Source: a bacterium (GTDB lineage: Bacteria; CLD3; SB21). Taken from it: a DNA stretch of 41,647 nt. The stretch is from the NCBI GenBank assembly GCA_013360215.1, contig JABWCP010000028.1, positions 1 to 41,647 on the forward strand. Direction: 5' to 3'. The position numbers were made by a program, and so were the translations under genes. Every line of letters begins with the position of its first letter. Position 1 is the first letter of the stretch. Positions 28,171-38,584 of this stretch are shown here, one piece after another. Below the pieces are notes generated by a model, which worked only from the letters and a program-made list of their open reading frames with translations, searched no databases and was not told where the DNA came from.

Positions 28171-29001
28171 TTAATTATTTACAAGCGTTTTTCGGGGTTG
28201 ACGCCGGATACGGCGCCACAGGCCGCGCGTTTTTCCGGAGGTGATCACTTCTTCGATAAAACCGCGCAGTTCCGACGGTGTCAGATTGCGATGGAGTACA
28301 CCTTTGAAAGCGACGGATATTTTCCCGGTTTCTTCCGAAATAATAATCACGATCGCATCCGATTGCTCCGACAGCCCGACCCCCGCACGGTGACGTGTAC
28401 CGACCGAAGTTTCAAGGTAAGGATTGGGACTCAGCGGCAGTAAACATTTGGCCGCAGCGATCTGATCGTTTTCGATAATAACGGCGCCGTCATGCAGCGG
28501 TGAACGGGGATTAAAAATCGAAAGCAAAAGTTGTTGAGAGATATTGGCCTCAAGATGAAGCCCGGTTTCTACAATATTGCGCAAACCCGTGGACCGCTCA
28601 ATGGCGATGATGGCACCATTACGCCGTTTGGCGAGCAATTCGCAAGCTTTGATGATCTCTTCGATGTATTCGGGGATTCCAAGTTTGATGATATTTCGCA
28701 AAAAACCGCTCTGGCCGAAAAAAAGAAGTAGGCGCCGGAGCTCGGGCTGAAAAATAATCACAAAAGCGATAACCCAAACCGTACGAATCTGATCCACCAG
28801 CCAGATCATTCCACTCATATTGAGTGCTTGCACGGCAATGGATAAAATCAAAATAAATATCAAACCCATAAGCATACGTGAAGCGGTGGTTCCCTGAATC
28901 ACTAAATAGGCACGATAAAAAATAATCGTCACGGCGGCAATATCCAGCAAATCAATGGCCGTTACGGAAATCGTCCATATTTTGAAAAGCTCGTCTTGCA
29001 T
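28171..29001 (-). CDS. cdaA: Diadenylate cyclase CdaA/DacA (c-di-AMP synthesis)
   Basis: Three N-terminal TM helices, IFQPELRR, PLHDGA, GTRHRAG, SEETG. Confidence 0.95.
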   Translation of the reverse strand: MQDELFKIWTISVTAIDLLDIAAVTIIFYRAYLVIQGTTASRMLMGLIFILILSIAVQALNMSGMIWLVDQIRTVWVIAFVIIFQPELRRLLLFFGQSGFLRNIIKLGIPEYIEEIIKACELLAKRRNGAIIAIERSTGLRNIVETGLHLEANISQQLLLSIFNPRSPLHDGAVIIENDQIAAAKCLLPLSPNPYLETSVGTRHRAGVGLSEQSDAIVIIISEETGKISVAFKGVLHRNLTPSELRGFIEEVITSGKTRGLWRRIRRQPRKTLVNN

Positions 29002-29002
29002 G

Positions 29003-29830
29003 TCAGGCCGTTTCGATCATCTGATGAATATGGAGTGCGCGTTTCATTGACAATACATCATGTACGCGCAATAGGGTTGCACCTTGCTGTACAGCATAGA
29101 TATTGCTGATGAGCGTACCTTCCAGTCGATGCGTCGGCGGTGCATCAAATGCTTTTCCTAAAAACGATTTGCGCGACGTGCCCGCCATCAAGGGATAACC
29201 CAGTGCCGTAAAAGTACGTAAATTTTTGAGTAATGTAAAATTGTCTTCATACCGCTTACCAAATCCGAAACCCGGATCAATGATCAATTTGCAAGCCCCC
29301 ATTTGTTGGGCTTTGGTACATTGGGTTTCAAGAAACTGTTTTACTTCGTTGATCACATCGTCATACGACGGATTATTTTGCATCTGACTCGGTGTGCCGC
29401 GAATGTGCATAATGACCAAAGGGGCATCATTTTGAGCAGCCACCTCGGCGATACCTTCGTCCATCGTCATCCCGCTGATATCGTTGATCAGGTCTGCACC
29501 TTCGTCCAATGCGGCTTTCGCCACAACGGCTTTATAGGTATCAATAGAAATTGGAATGTCGGATTTTTTGCGAATTGCGCGAAGCACGGGAAGAACGCGA
29601 TCAAGTTCGTCTTTCAGTGTCAAAGGTTCCGCACCGGGGCGCGTGGACTCTCCGCCGATATCCAGTATATCGGCACCTTCAGCGATAAGTTGTTCGGCAT
29701 GAACGACGGCTTTTTCTGTTGAAAAAAAACGACCGCCGTCAGAAAAAGAATCGGGAGTCACATTGAGAATACCCATGACATGGACGCGCGTTTTTAGTGC
29801 GTTGTATAGGGCTTCCGAATTATTCGACAT
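29003..29830 (-). CDS. folP: Dihydropteroate synthase
   Basis: MGILNVTPDSFSDGG, GGESTRPG, DPGFGFGK, SRKSF, RVHDV. Start placed at ATG 29830, an 11-bp overlap with the upstream gene. Confidence 0.96.
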   Translation of the reverse strand: MSNNSEALYNALKTRVHVMGILNVTPDSFSDGGRFFSTEKAVVHAEQLIAEGADILDIGGESTRPGAEPLTLKDELDRVLPVLRAIRKKSDIPISIDTYKAVVAKAALDEGADLINDISGMTMDEGIAEVAAQNDAPLVIMHIRGTPSQMQNNPSYDDVINEVKQFLETQCTKAQQMGACKLIIDPGFGFGKRYEDNFTLLKNLRTFTALGYPLMAGTSRKSFLGKAFDAPPTHRLEGTLISNIYAVQQGATLLRVHDVLSMKRALHIHQMIETA

Positions 29831-31499
29831 CGGGAAAATACTCGCGGAGTTTTTTACGCGCTTCTTCGCGATAGCGGTCATCCGGTTTGAGCAATTTCAT
29901 TACCGTTCGCAAAGCTTCGATGGCTTCGTTGCGACGTTTTTGATAATCATAGATCTTACCGAGATACAACCAAGCATACGGCGAATTATTGAGTTGCACG
30001 GCTTTTTTGAAATACCCTTCGGCAATGGGGAATTGTTCATGCCCTTCGCGCAGTTTTGTTTTTTCGCGAATGTACTCGCCCTTGTGATAATAAATCACGC
30101 CGTAGGTATAATAAACATCGGCGCGATCCGTGTAGATTTTTTCTGCCCGCGCCAGCAGTTCGACCGCTTTGTCGAAGTACGCCAAATAATCGCACGCTCT
30201 GACCATGCCCATAATAGACTCGAAATCGTTGGGTTTGAGCTGTAATGCGACGTTAAAGTTATTCAATGCGTACTGGGAAAGATGATCATGAGGGCGACTG
30301 CGTTCCAGAAAATCCTGACCCAAGGCAACGTATGCATCAAAAGCTGCAGGATTGATCTCTATCGCACGGTTAAGAATAGCCTCGCGGGATTTCATTTCAA
30401 ATGTTTCCCATCGCATGCGCTGCATAAAACTCAAGATGTAATACAACTGATAATCCCGTTTGTATATGGCTTGGCTTGCGATCATCGCAAATTCGGCGTC
30501 CAAATAACGCGGTTCCGGTTTAGTAAAACTGAAATTGCGTGCCAAGCTCATCAGAATGGGTTGGTATTGATCATTGATTTGCGCACCGCGTTTGAGATGG
30601 TATTCGCCGCGACGCTGAAGCATTTCGCGCGCGCGCACTTCTTTTTCACGAATCATCTTTTCCGTGTAGGCCGAACCTGCGGCAAACCATCCTAAAACGG
30701 AAGCGCTGTCTTTTTGTAACGCCATACGAGCCACCGCAAAAGCGGAATCCCATTGCTCATGTGCCAAAAGCGCACGTGCCGAAAAATATAAAGGCAGCGA
30801 TTTGGTCTGAAACAATTCGGTGTGATTAGCGGCGGAATTAAACTCCTCATCCGTAACTTCGTATAAATAGGTCATCAGTTCTTCCGAGGCCGTACGCATC
30901 GCTTGTCCGTATGACACGTCGTCGCCGGTGGGGATGGTGTTTGTAAAAGAACGCATCGTTTCCCCGGTCAACACATCATAAACTTCATAACTCAAGCGAG
31001 CCGGACTGGTATCGGCGTTATAAAAACCGGCAACGAGGTAATTCAGTTTGATCAGGCGCGCCCATCTGAAAAGTTTTTGTTTATTGGATGGTGAAATGGC
31101 CGAAGTCGAGTCCCCATAATACGATTCGACGAGCCATTCCGGGCGAAGGAAATGAAGATGTTCGGGTGATCCGAGTGCGGCGTGATGCGCCGTGATTTCG
31201 GCTAAGCCCCAACCCGTCCCGGCCACGGACAAATTTTTATTGGAGCCTTGATTTTCCAGAGGGAGAATTCCCACATATACATTAAATGGTTTAGGCGGGC
31301 GTGCGAAACGTATCGCAGTGTACGTAAGTACGATAAGACCGAGCACGATCATCATTTTCCGTGCTAATCCGGAATGATTGACGACCGGAGAATAACGATG
31401 CAAAAACCACCATATAAAACAAAGTGCCACTACGACGGCAAACCAAAGTCCAAAGCCGCCGGGCACGCCGCCCGACAGCCAGTACAATATCTTATCCAT
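29820..31499 (-). CDS. Membrane-anchored TPR protein
   Basis: Two N-terminal TM helices, an alpha/beta region (VGILPLENQ, TolB-N/CsgG-like by eye) and multiple C-terminal TPRs (AWLYLGKIY...EAIEALR). Confidence 0.75.
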   Translation of the reverse strand: MDKILYWLSGGVPGGFGLWFAVVVALCFIWWFLHRYSPVVNHSGLARKMMIVLGLIVLTYTAIRFARPPKPFNVYVGILPLENQGSNKNLSVAGTGWGLAEITAHHAALGSPEHLHFLRPEWLVESYYGDSTSAISPSNKQKLFRWARLIKLNYLVAGFYNADTSPARLSYEVYDVLTGETMRSFTNTIPTGDDVSYGQAMRTASEELMTYLYEVTDEEFNSAANHTELFQTKSLPLYFSARALLAHEQWDSAFAVARMALQKDSASVLGWFAAGSAYTEKMIREKEVRAREMLQRRGEYHLKRGAQINDQYQPILMSLARNFSFTKPEPRYLDAEFAMIASQAIYKRDYQLYYILSFMQRMRWETFEMKSREAILNRAIEINPAAFDAYVALGQDFLERSRPHDHLSQYALNNFNVALQLKPNDFESIMGMVRACDYLAYFDKAVELLARAEKIYTDRADVYYTYGVIYYHKGEYIREKTKLREGHEQFPIAEGYFKKAVQLNNSPYAWLYLGKIYDYQKRRNEAIEALRTVMKLLKPDDRYREEARKKLREYFPDVE

Positions 31500-31590
31500 A
31501 TTTTTTCCTGCCCGTTCGCTATTAGAACCCTATGCACATACAAAGCTTGGCGATTATTACCGTCAAACTGCAATCAAAACAACATGGCGA

Positions 31591-33573
31591 TTATGCCACA
31601 GGCGCTTCAACTTTAGTCGCACTCTGTCCATTATTTGGAATTTCAAGCGGCGGCAGCTGTTGTCCTTTGAGTATCATGTCCAGTTCTTCCGAATCAATTG
31701 TCTCACGTTCCACAAGCGCAGTGGCGATATTGTGCAGTGTCTGAATATTTTGTTCGATCAGGGACAACGCTTTGTTTTCGGCTTCTGAGACGATACGTTT
31801 GATTTCCGCATCGATCTGTACCGCGGTATTTTCGCTATAGTTTTTGGATGTTGCGATTTCACGCCCGAGAAAAACTTCTTCGTCTTTTTTTCCGAAGGCC
31901 ACCGGGCCTAATGAGTCACTCATGCCCCATTCGCAGATCATGCGACGCGCCATTTCCGTAGCGCGTTCGATGTCGTTGCTGGCGCCCGTCGTATAGTGGT
32001 TGTAAATGATTTTTTCTGCCGCACGGCCGCCCATCATCATCGCAAGACGCGCTTCGATGTACGTCCGCGAATACGAATGCCGATCATCCGAGGGGAGATA
32101 GTGCGTAATGCCGAGCGCTCTACCGCGGGGAATAATCGTGACTTTGTGGACGGCGTCGGATTCCGGCAAAAGACGACCGACCAGAGCATGACCGGCTTCA
32201 TGATAAGCCGTGGAACGTTTTTCTTTGTCGCTGATGACCATACTTTTTCGTTCAACGCCCATCATGACTTTATCTTTGGCGCTTTCAAAATCTATGTTTT
32301 CGACTTTATCCGAATTGCGACGCGCTGCGAGCAAAGCCGCTTCGTTGACGAGGTTTTCCAAATCCGCTCCGGCCAAACCGGGCGTTCCTTTGGCTATTTT
32401 TTCGATTTTTACTTCGTCACTGATCGGTACTTTCCGGCAATGTATCTTTAAAATTTCCTCACGGCCTTTGACATCCGGATAATCCACGACAACTTGACGG
32501 TCAAAGCGGCCGGGGCGCATCAACGCATTATCCAAAATGTCGGGGCGGTTGGTCGCCGCGAGTATGATGATACCGCTGTTTTCTTCAAAGCCGTCCATTT
32601 CGACCAGCAATTGATTGAGCGTTTGTTCGCGCTCGTCGTGACCGCCACCCAAACCTGCGCCGCGCGAACGGCCTACGGCGTCAATTTCGTCAATAAATAT
32701 GATGCACGGATGACTGCGTTTGGCTTGTTCAAAAAGGTCACGCACACGTGCCGCGCCGACCCCGACGAACATTTCCACAAAGTCCGCACCGCTGATGGAA
32801 AAAAACGGAACTTCCGCTTCACCGGCGACGGCTCTTGCCAATAGGGTTTTTCCCGTACCCGGAGGGCCCAGCAAAAGGGCGCCGCGCGGAATACGACCGC
32901 CAAGGCGCGTGAATTTGTTGGGGTCTTTGAGAAAATCAACAATCTCGGAGAGCTCCTGTTTGGCCTCTTCACAACCGGCGACATCGGTAAAAGTGACTTT
33001 GTGATCTTTATCCGTGCTCATACGAGCGCGGCTTTTGCCGAAGGTAAAAATATTTTTTCCGCCCGGTCCGCCTTGCATACGACGAAAAATAAAAATCAGA
33101 ATAGCGATGGCCAGAATCCAAGGCAGCATTTGGAGAATAATCGTACCGAAATCCGTACCGCGCTTCATAAATTCAACGTCCACGCCGCGTTGTTTCCATT
33201 CGTCCAGCATCTTGCTGTCCACAAACGGCAAATTGATGCGAAACTGCGTAAATCGGTACGGCGTACCGTCCGTGGTGATCGTCTCTTCGGCTTTGAGCGT
33301 TCCGCGTAATTCGCCTTCACCGACGGTGATGGTGCGAATTTTATCCTGTTCCAGATAGAATTGGTATTGCGTAAAAGAAAGTTCGATATGTTTATCCGCG
33401 CCGGCCGACACAATCTGATAGAGAAAAAAGAACGATCCGAAAATGGCGATCCACAAAAAGAAAGTACCGATCGTACCTTTCCAATTGGGGCCGGAATCCG
33501 GCGAAGGACGATTTTTCTTTTTGGCCGGTCCGGGTTTGGGGGCGTCGTTTTTTTGTGCGTTCTGGTTTTCCAA
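31591..33573 (-). CDS. ftsH: ATP-dependent zinc metalloprotease FtsH
   Basis: Two TM helices, [30 protein letters not shown] start with GGAG RBS. Confidence 0.98.
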   Translation of the reverse strand: MENQNAQKNDAPKPGPAKKKNRPSPDSGPNWKGTIGTFFLWIAIFGSFFFLYQIVSAGADKHIELSFTQYQFYLEQDKIRTITVGEGELRGTLKAEETITTDGTPYRFTQFRINLPFVDSKMLDEWKQRGVDVEFMKRGTDFGTIILQMLPWILAIAILIFIFRRMQGGPGGKNIFTFGKSRARMSTDKDHKVTFTDVAGCEEAKQELSEIVDFLKDPNKFTRLGGRIPRGALLLGPPGTGKTLLARAVAGEAEVPFFSISGADFVEMFVGVGAARVRDLFEQAKRSHPCIIFIDEIDAVGRSRGAGLGGGHDEREQTLNQLLVEMDGFEENSGIIILAATNRPDILDNALMRPGRFDRQVVVDYPDVKGREEILKIHCRKVPISDEVKIEKIAKGTPGLAGADLENLVNEAALLAARRNSDKVENIDFESAKDKVMMGVERKSMVISDKEKRSTAYHEAGHALVGRLLPESDAVHKVTIIPRGRALGITHYLPSDDRHSYSRTYIEARLAMMMGGRAAEKIIYNHYTTGASNDIERATEMARRMICEWGMSDSLGPVAFGKKDEEVFLGREIATSKNYSENTAVQIDAEIKRIVSEAENKALSLIEQNIQTLHNIATALVERETIDSEELDMILKGQQLPPLEIPNNGQSATKVEAPVA

Positions 33574-33586
33574 AAACAGCTCCTTA

Positions 33587-34135
33587 TTAATCCTTTGTTA
33601 CATAAATATCTTTGAGATGGCGAAAACGCTGGCCGAGATCAAGACCGTAACCGATGACAAATTCATTGCCGATCTCAAAACCGACATATTCCACCCGAAA
33701 ATCAATCTTGGCTTTTTCGCGTTTCATAAGCAAAGTAGCGAATGCCAGCGAGGCGGGTTTTTTTGCCAGCAAATGATTGCGGATGTACGTCACGGAAAGA
33801 CCGGAATCAATGATGTCTTCCGCGACGATGACGTGGCGCCCTTCCAATTTGGCGCTTACATCTTTATCCAAGCGGACGCTGCCGCTGGAATGCATCGCAT
33901 CGCCGTAGCTTCCTATTTTCAGGAAATCCACTTCACATTCCGTAGCGATTTCCCGGATCAGATCGGCGACAAAAAGAAACGATCCGTTTAATACGCCGAC
34001 AAGAATAGGGTTTTTGTCTTTGTAGTCGGTTGTGATTTTTTTTCCCAGGCGCACGATAGCGTCTCGAATTTCCGATTCGGAAATCATGACGGTAAAACGA
34101 TGGGATTCGGTGACAATAACTTTTTCAGGATTCAT
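33587..34135 (-). CDS. hpt: Hypoxanthine phosphoribosyltransferase
   Basis: GVLNGS, EDIIDSGLS PRPP motif, FVIGYGLD. Confidence 0.96.
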   Translation of the reverse strand: MNPEKVIVTESHRFTVMISESEIRDAIVRLGKKITTDYKDKNPILVGVLNGSFLFVADLIREIATECEVDFLKIGSYGDAMHSSGSVRLDKDVSAKLEGRHVIVAEDIIDSGLSVTYIRNHLLAKKPASLAFATLLMKREKAKIDFRVEYVGFEIGNEFVIGYGLDLGQRFRHLKDIYVTKD

Positions 34136-35528
34136 GGGTGATTAACTCGAGCTTTATTACTGTGAGGGTATCCGGAGTTACTTTGTAGCGATCATCGGTA
34201 CGCATCCCGCCGATCCACACGATGTCGCGGCCATGGGTCAAAACGGGGATAGTGTGCTTTTCGGTTACGGGTATTTTATGGTCCACAAAAAAATCAGACA
34301 CATTTTTAAATTGATGCATGCCGTACGGCTTAAAACGATCACCGTTTTTCCAAGCGCGCACGCGTATAGGTTTTGTAACGGACCCGGCATCAAGGTACAC
34401 GATGAAAGGATTTTTAGCTAAGTTTTTTCTAATGGTATCGGTGTACCGTGCTACGGAGGATCGTATTTTCCATGACCCCCACGAAACAGTATTTCCGATC
34501 GTCAAAGTTACATCTTTTGTCCGCGAAGAAGCGTCAACCGGTGTGATAACGACGGCCCTTGTTGTTTTAGTCCATCGCCATTTTCCGGCATCAAACTTTC
34601 GCCCGGGTTGTTGATGTTGTATCAAATCCAATATCCGTTCATACTCGACGGAAGTCAGCGTAAACCAGGGTGCATGCGACGCAAAGAACATTTGCAATAA
34701 CGTGTATTGCCGGATCGGATAATAGCGGTTAAAGGCTTGAATTTCAAGCCAAATTTTGCCCTTCTGCGTGCGGAAAACCTTGGTGTAGCAACGTTTGGCG
34801 TCCATTTGCAAAACATCGGCGGCCGATTTTGCAATGTCAGCCAATCGGCTCAAGTGATGTGAAATTTGAGGATTGATCGTGCGTAGATCGGGAAGTATCT
34901 GATGCCGTATTCTGTTGCGCAGAAAAGCCGTATCCTCGTTGGTCAAATCCGTGACGAACGGGATACGATTTTCGCGTGCATAACGATGTATTTCATCGCG
35001 CGTAAATGGGAGCAGCGGGCGAATATACTTACCGCGCACTTCCGGTATTCCGGATAAGCCTTGAATGCCTGTTCCTTTGATAATACGCATCAGTACGGTT
35101 TCGGCCTGATCGTCGGCATGGTGGGCCGTCGCGACGTGATCAAAACCGTATGTGCTCGCGGTGTTTTCTAAAAAATCATATCGAAGCACCCGGCAGGCTT
35201 CCTCGACGGACAGTTTATTACGGCGTGCGAGTTGCTTTGCATGGACGCGGGTTTCATAAAAAGGCATACCATACAGCCGGGCCATTGCTTTGACAAAGGC
35301 CGCATCGTCTTGTGCAGATTTTCCGCGAAGACCGTGGTTTACATGCGCGATGGCAAGTTGCAGTTTTAGTTCCGATGCAAAACGGCGAAATAAGCGCAGC
35401 ATAACCATCGAATCCACGCCGCCGGAAACAGCCAGTAAAATGTGCTGGTTTTTGGAAATTAATTTTTTGGCGTGAATGTTTTGAAAAAAACGCTGTTCAA
35501 ACCATGCGGTAAATTCGATGGTTTTCAT
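34125..35528 (-). CDS. tilS: tRNA(Ile)-lysidine synthetase
   Basis: AVSGGVDSM, HVNHGLR, TAHHADDQAET, RPLL, RNRIRH and a TilS C-terminal domain. Confidence 0.96.
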   Translation of the reverse strand: MKTIEFTAWFEQRFFQNIHAKKLISKNQHILLAVSGGVDSMVMLRLFRRFASELKLQLAIAHVNHGLRGKSAQDDAAFVKAMARLYGMPFYETRVHAKQLARRNKLSVEEACRVLRYDFLENTASTYGFDHVATAHHADDQAETVLMRIIKGTGIQGLSGIPEVRGKYIRPLLPFTRDEIHRYARENRIPFVTDLTNEDTAFLRNRIRHQILPDLRTINPQISHHLSRLADIAKSAADVLQMDAKRCYTKVFRTQKGKIWLEIQAFNRYYPIRQYTLLQMFFASHAPWFTLTSVEYERILDLIQHQQPGRKFDAGKWRWTKTTRAVVITPVDASSRTKDVTLTIGNTVSWGSWKIRSSVARYTDTIRKNLAKNPFIVYLDAGSVTKPIRVRAWKNGDRFKPYGMHQFKNVSDFFVDHKIPVTEKHTIPVLTHGRDIVWIGGMRTDDRYKVTPDTLTVIKLELITHES

Positions 35529-36511
35529 GGCAGACTAAAGAAAACCGTACGTGACAGCACGACTACTGTTAACATGCATACGAGCGCAGGTATCAGGAAC
35601 CAAAGGTAGAGCTCACGGTAACGCTGGTACGTTTTGACATCCACTTTGGTTTTTTCTAATTGGCCGATCTGATCGTAAATCTCCTCAAGCGCTTTTTGAT
35701 TGGTAGCACGAAAAAATTTTCCTCCGGTCATATCGGCGATTTCGCGCAGCGGGGTTTCATTGATTTTGACTTCGGCGGTCAGGTATTGGCGACCAAAAAA
35801 AGGATCGTCCACAGGGATGCGGGCAATGCCGTCTTTTCCGGCGCCGATCGTATAGACGCGAATATTCATGGCTTGGGCGATTTGTGCGGCGGTCAAAGGA
35901 TCAATTTCACCGCGGTTATTATCGCCGTCCGTCAGCAATATGATCACTTTACTTTTGGCTTTACTTTCTCTTAATCGGTTAATGGAATTAACCAGCCCCA
36001 TGCCGATGGCCGTGCCGTCTTCGACCACGCCGATCTGAACTTGTTTGATAAGCTGGGTGAGCATGGTATAGTCTACCGTCAGAGGGCATTGGGTAAAACT
36101 CTTTCCCGCAAAAAGTACCAGTCCGATGCGATCGGATTGACGTCCGGAGACAAATTTTTCCGCTACCGATTTGGCCGCTTCCAAACGGTTCACCTTGCCC
36201 AAATCTTCGATCAGCATGCTGCGAGAGATGTCCATGGCCATCATGATGTCAATGCCTTCCGCCGTGATGACCGATTGCGTATCCTGCAAACGTGGTCGCG
36301 CCAAAGTGATAATCAGTAAACCTAGCGCCGTATATTGGAGAATGTAGTGCAGCGGCTTGATGCGCAGCCGCCAGGAGCGGGGGACGTCACGGATAAGCGC
36401 GACCGTCGCATAACGTAGCGCCGAACGGCGACGTCGTTTCCAGTTCCAAAAAATCAGAATCGGAATCAAAAGCAACAGCAGTAAAAAATAGGGGTCGCGA
36501 AATTCGATCAT
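35525..36511 (-). CDS. batA: BatA-like VWA domain protein
   Basis: BatA N-terminal TM region, DISRSM MIDAS motif, DGTAIGMGL, KVIILLTDG.NN.G, YTIGAG. Confidence 0.85.
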   Translation of the reverse strand: MIEFRDPYFLLLLLLIPILIFWNWKRRRRSALRYATVALIRDVPRSWRLRIKPLHYILQYTALGLLIITLARPRLQDTQSVITAEGIDIMMAMDISRSMLIEDLGKVNRLEAAKSVAEKFVSGRQSDRIGLVLFAGKSFTQCPLTVDYTMLTQLIKQVQIGVVEDGTAIGMGLVNSINRLRESKAKSKVIILLTDGDNNRGEIDPLTAAQIAQAMNIRVYTIGAGKDGIARIPVDDPFFGRQYLTAEVKINETPLREIADMTGGKFFRATNQKALEEIYDQIGQLEKTKVDVKTYQRYRELYLWFLIPALVCMLTVVVLSRTVFFSLP

Positions 36512-37533
36512 GCGCGGCTTTCTGTTTTGCGATTACCGATGCCGATATAAAATACAACGGCGATCAGACTCAAACCGACAAACCACTGAAATTGGTTCTC
36601 ATACTCTGTGAATTGATATTCGGCACTTTCGCCTTTTTGAAGCTGGGAGATGGCGTCGTATATTTTCTGGATTTCTGTTTCGTTGATAGTGGCTTGATAA
36701 TACGCGCCGCCGCTCATATCTGTGATAGCCGTGAGCATCGCATCTTCACGTTTGGTCGTAACGACGGATCCGTTGAATTTTTTAAAATCCGTTTGGCCGG
36801 TGCGATCATCGTACACAGGGATGGGAACTGCATTTTCCGTGGCTACACCGACGGCAAATATGCGAATGTTTTCGCCGAGCAGGGCTTTGGCTTTTTCAGT
36901 GGCCTCGTCGCTGTGATCTTCACCGTCTGAAAAAATAACGATGGCTTTTCCCGTAGCCGGTCCTTGCACGTCCTGCGGTTTCGGAAAAGCGGATCGCGCA
37001 ACGTCGAGCATTTCGGCAAAATTTGTACCGCCGGCTGTCGTGGATTGCACGTCAATTGCGTCCAGAAACATGCGCACCGCGCTGTAGTCGCTGGTCATCG
37101 GGCACTGAATAAAAGCCTGTCCTGCAAATATCACTAAAGCTACACGATCTCCGCCGAGCCGCGAGAGCAGGGTGCCGATTTCATGCTTGGCTTTTTCCAA
37201 ACGATTGGGTTTGATGTCTTCAGCTCCCATGGACGCGGAGATATCCAGTGCGATAACCATATCCACACCGGTTATTTTAACTTTCTCATAGCGACTGCCA
37301 ACCGATAAACCGGCCATAGCGAAAATTCCGAAAATCATTCCCGCCGTCCACATCGTCCATCGCGCTAAACGTCGTTTTGGATCAATTCGCTGAGACAAGT
37401 GATCTACCAAGCGGGTATCGCCGACACGCTGCATGCGGAGGCGCTGTGTGCGAAACCAATCCCAAAGCAGCAAGGCTAGGAGCGGTATGATCGCAAATGC
37501 ATAAAGATATTCCGGATTGGCAAATTTGATCAC
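36508..37533 (-). CDS. batB: BatB-like VWA domain protein
   Basis: ALDISASM.AEDIKPNRLEKAK, FAGQAF.QCPMTSDY, SDGEDH, VVTTK; GTG start. Confidence 0.8.
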   Translation of the reverse strand: MIKFANPEYLYAFAIIPLLALLLWDWFRTQRLRMQRVGDTRLVDHLSQRIDPKRRLARWTMWTAGMIFGIFAMAGLSVGSRYEKVKITGVDMVIALDISASMGAEDIKPNRLEKAKHEIGTLLSRLGGDRVALVIFAGQAFIQCPMTSDYSAVRMFLDAIDVQSTTAGGTNFAEMLDVARSAFPKPQDVQGPATGKAIVIFSDGEDHSDEATEKAKALLGENIRIFAVGVATENAVPIPVYDDRTGQTDFKKFNGSVVTTKREDAMLTAITDMSGGAYYQATINETEIQKIYDAISQLQKGESAEYQFTEYENQFQWFVGLSLIAVVFYIGIGNRKTESRA

Positions 37534-37575
37534 AGGGTCCGTCGGATAAAATTAAACTAAAAATTAAAACGGTCT

Positions 37576-37605
37576 CAATATATACGGATGAAGTCAATTT
37601 TGCAA
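37576..37605 (-). promoter_or_regulatory. Promoter of the batB-batA-tilS-hpt-ftsH operon
   Basis: Minus strand TTGCAA-N17-TATATT(G). Confidence 0.6.
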
Positions 37606-37804
37606 AATCAAAGCGTGTTTAATTTTTTGTTTGAAATTATAAACACAATTTTTATCTTCTTCGCATCGCAGCAATGCGTTTTATGTACCCATCCCATGTG
37701 TGGAGCGATGCCGCAAGAGATGCTAGAATCGGTCGCTTAGCATGTTGACAAAAATCTATAAATAAAAAGCACAGAAATACAATTTTAATAAATAGAGGAA
37801 TCGT

Positions 37805-38569
37805 ATGCGCCTTATCAGTTGGAATGTCAATGGCATTCGTGCCGTATCTAAAAAAGGTTTTCTTGAGTGGCTGGATAAAGAAAGCCCGGATGTGATGTGT
37901 TTGCAGGAAACCAAAGCAATGCCGGAGCAACTGGATGCGTCTCTACTTAATCCGATGGGATACACCGGGTATTTTAATTCCGCACAACGCAAAGGGTATA
38001 GCGGGGTGGCTACATTTTGTTTAAAAAAACCGACGTCTGTTCAAAATGGTATCGGCGTAGAACGATTTGATGCCGAAGGTCGGGTACTAATGACGGATCA
38101 CGGCGATTTTATTTTGTTTAACATTTATTTCCCCAACGGGAAAATGAATGCGGAGCGTTTGCAATACAAAATGGATTTTTATGACACCGTGTTAAAGTAT
38201 TTTGATGCGTTGAAAGATCAGGGAAAAAAATTAGTCATTTGCGGGGATTATAATACGGCCCATAAACCGATTGATCTGGCCCGCCCGCGTGAGAATGAAA
38301 AAATTTCCGGTTTTTTACCGTCTGAACGAGCCTGGATGGATGAATTGGTTAGTCACGGTTATGTAGATACCTTGCGTGTTTTCAATCAAGAGCCCGGTCA
38401 ATATTCGTGGTGGGATCAGCAGAGTCGGGCACGCGAGCGAAACGTGGGGTGGCGTATTGATTATTTTTTTGTCAGTGATAATCTGCTTCCCGCACTGAAA
38501 AACGCATGGATCATGCCCGATGTGATGGGTTCGGATCATTGTCCTGTAGGCATTGAGTTAAAGTTTTAA
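37805..38569 (+). CDS. xth: Exodeoxyribonuclease III / AP endonuclease
   Basis: [38 protein letters not shown]. Confidence 0.96.
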   Translation: MRLISWNVNGIRAVSKKGFLEWLDKESPDVMCLQETKAMPEQLDASLLNPMGYTGYFNSAQRKGYSGVATFCLKKPTSVQNGIGVERFDAEGRVLMTDHGDFILFNIYFPNGKMNAERLQYKMDFYDTVLKYFDALKDQGKKLVICGDYNTAHKPIDLARPRENEKISGFLPSERAWMDELVSHGYVDTLRVFNQEPGQYSWWDQQSRARERNVGWRIDYFFVSDNLLPALKNAWIMPDVMGSDHCPVGIELKF

Positions 38570-38584
38570 TTTGATCGGGCACGT

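Noticed and set aside
29831..29881. Longer folP start given in the ORF track
   Set aside because: It would overlap the TPR gene by 62 bp; ATG 29830 is more parsimonious.
31996..33991. Multiple long antisense ORFs over ftsH/hpt (and similarly over glgC, pta and the C25 gene)
   Set aside because: Shadow ORFs on the opposite strand of well-conserved genes, with no motifs of their own.
37745..37773. TTGACA upstream of xth as a promoter
   Set aside because: No acceptable -10 element at 16-18 bp spacing.
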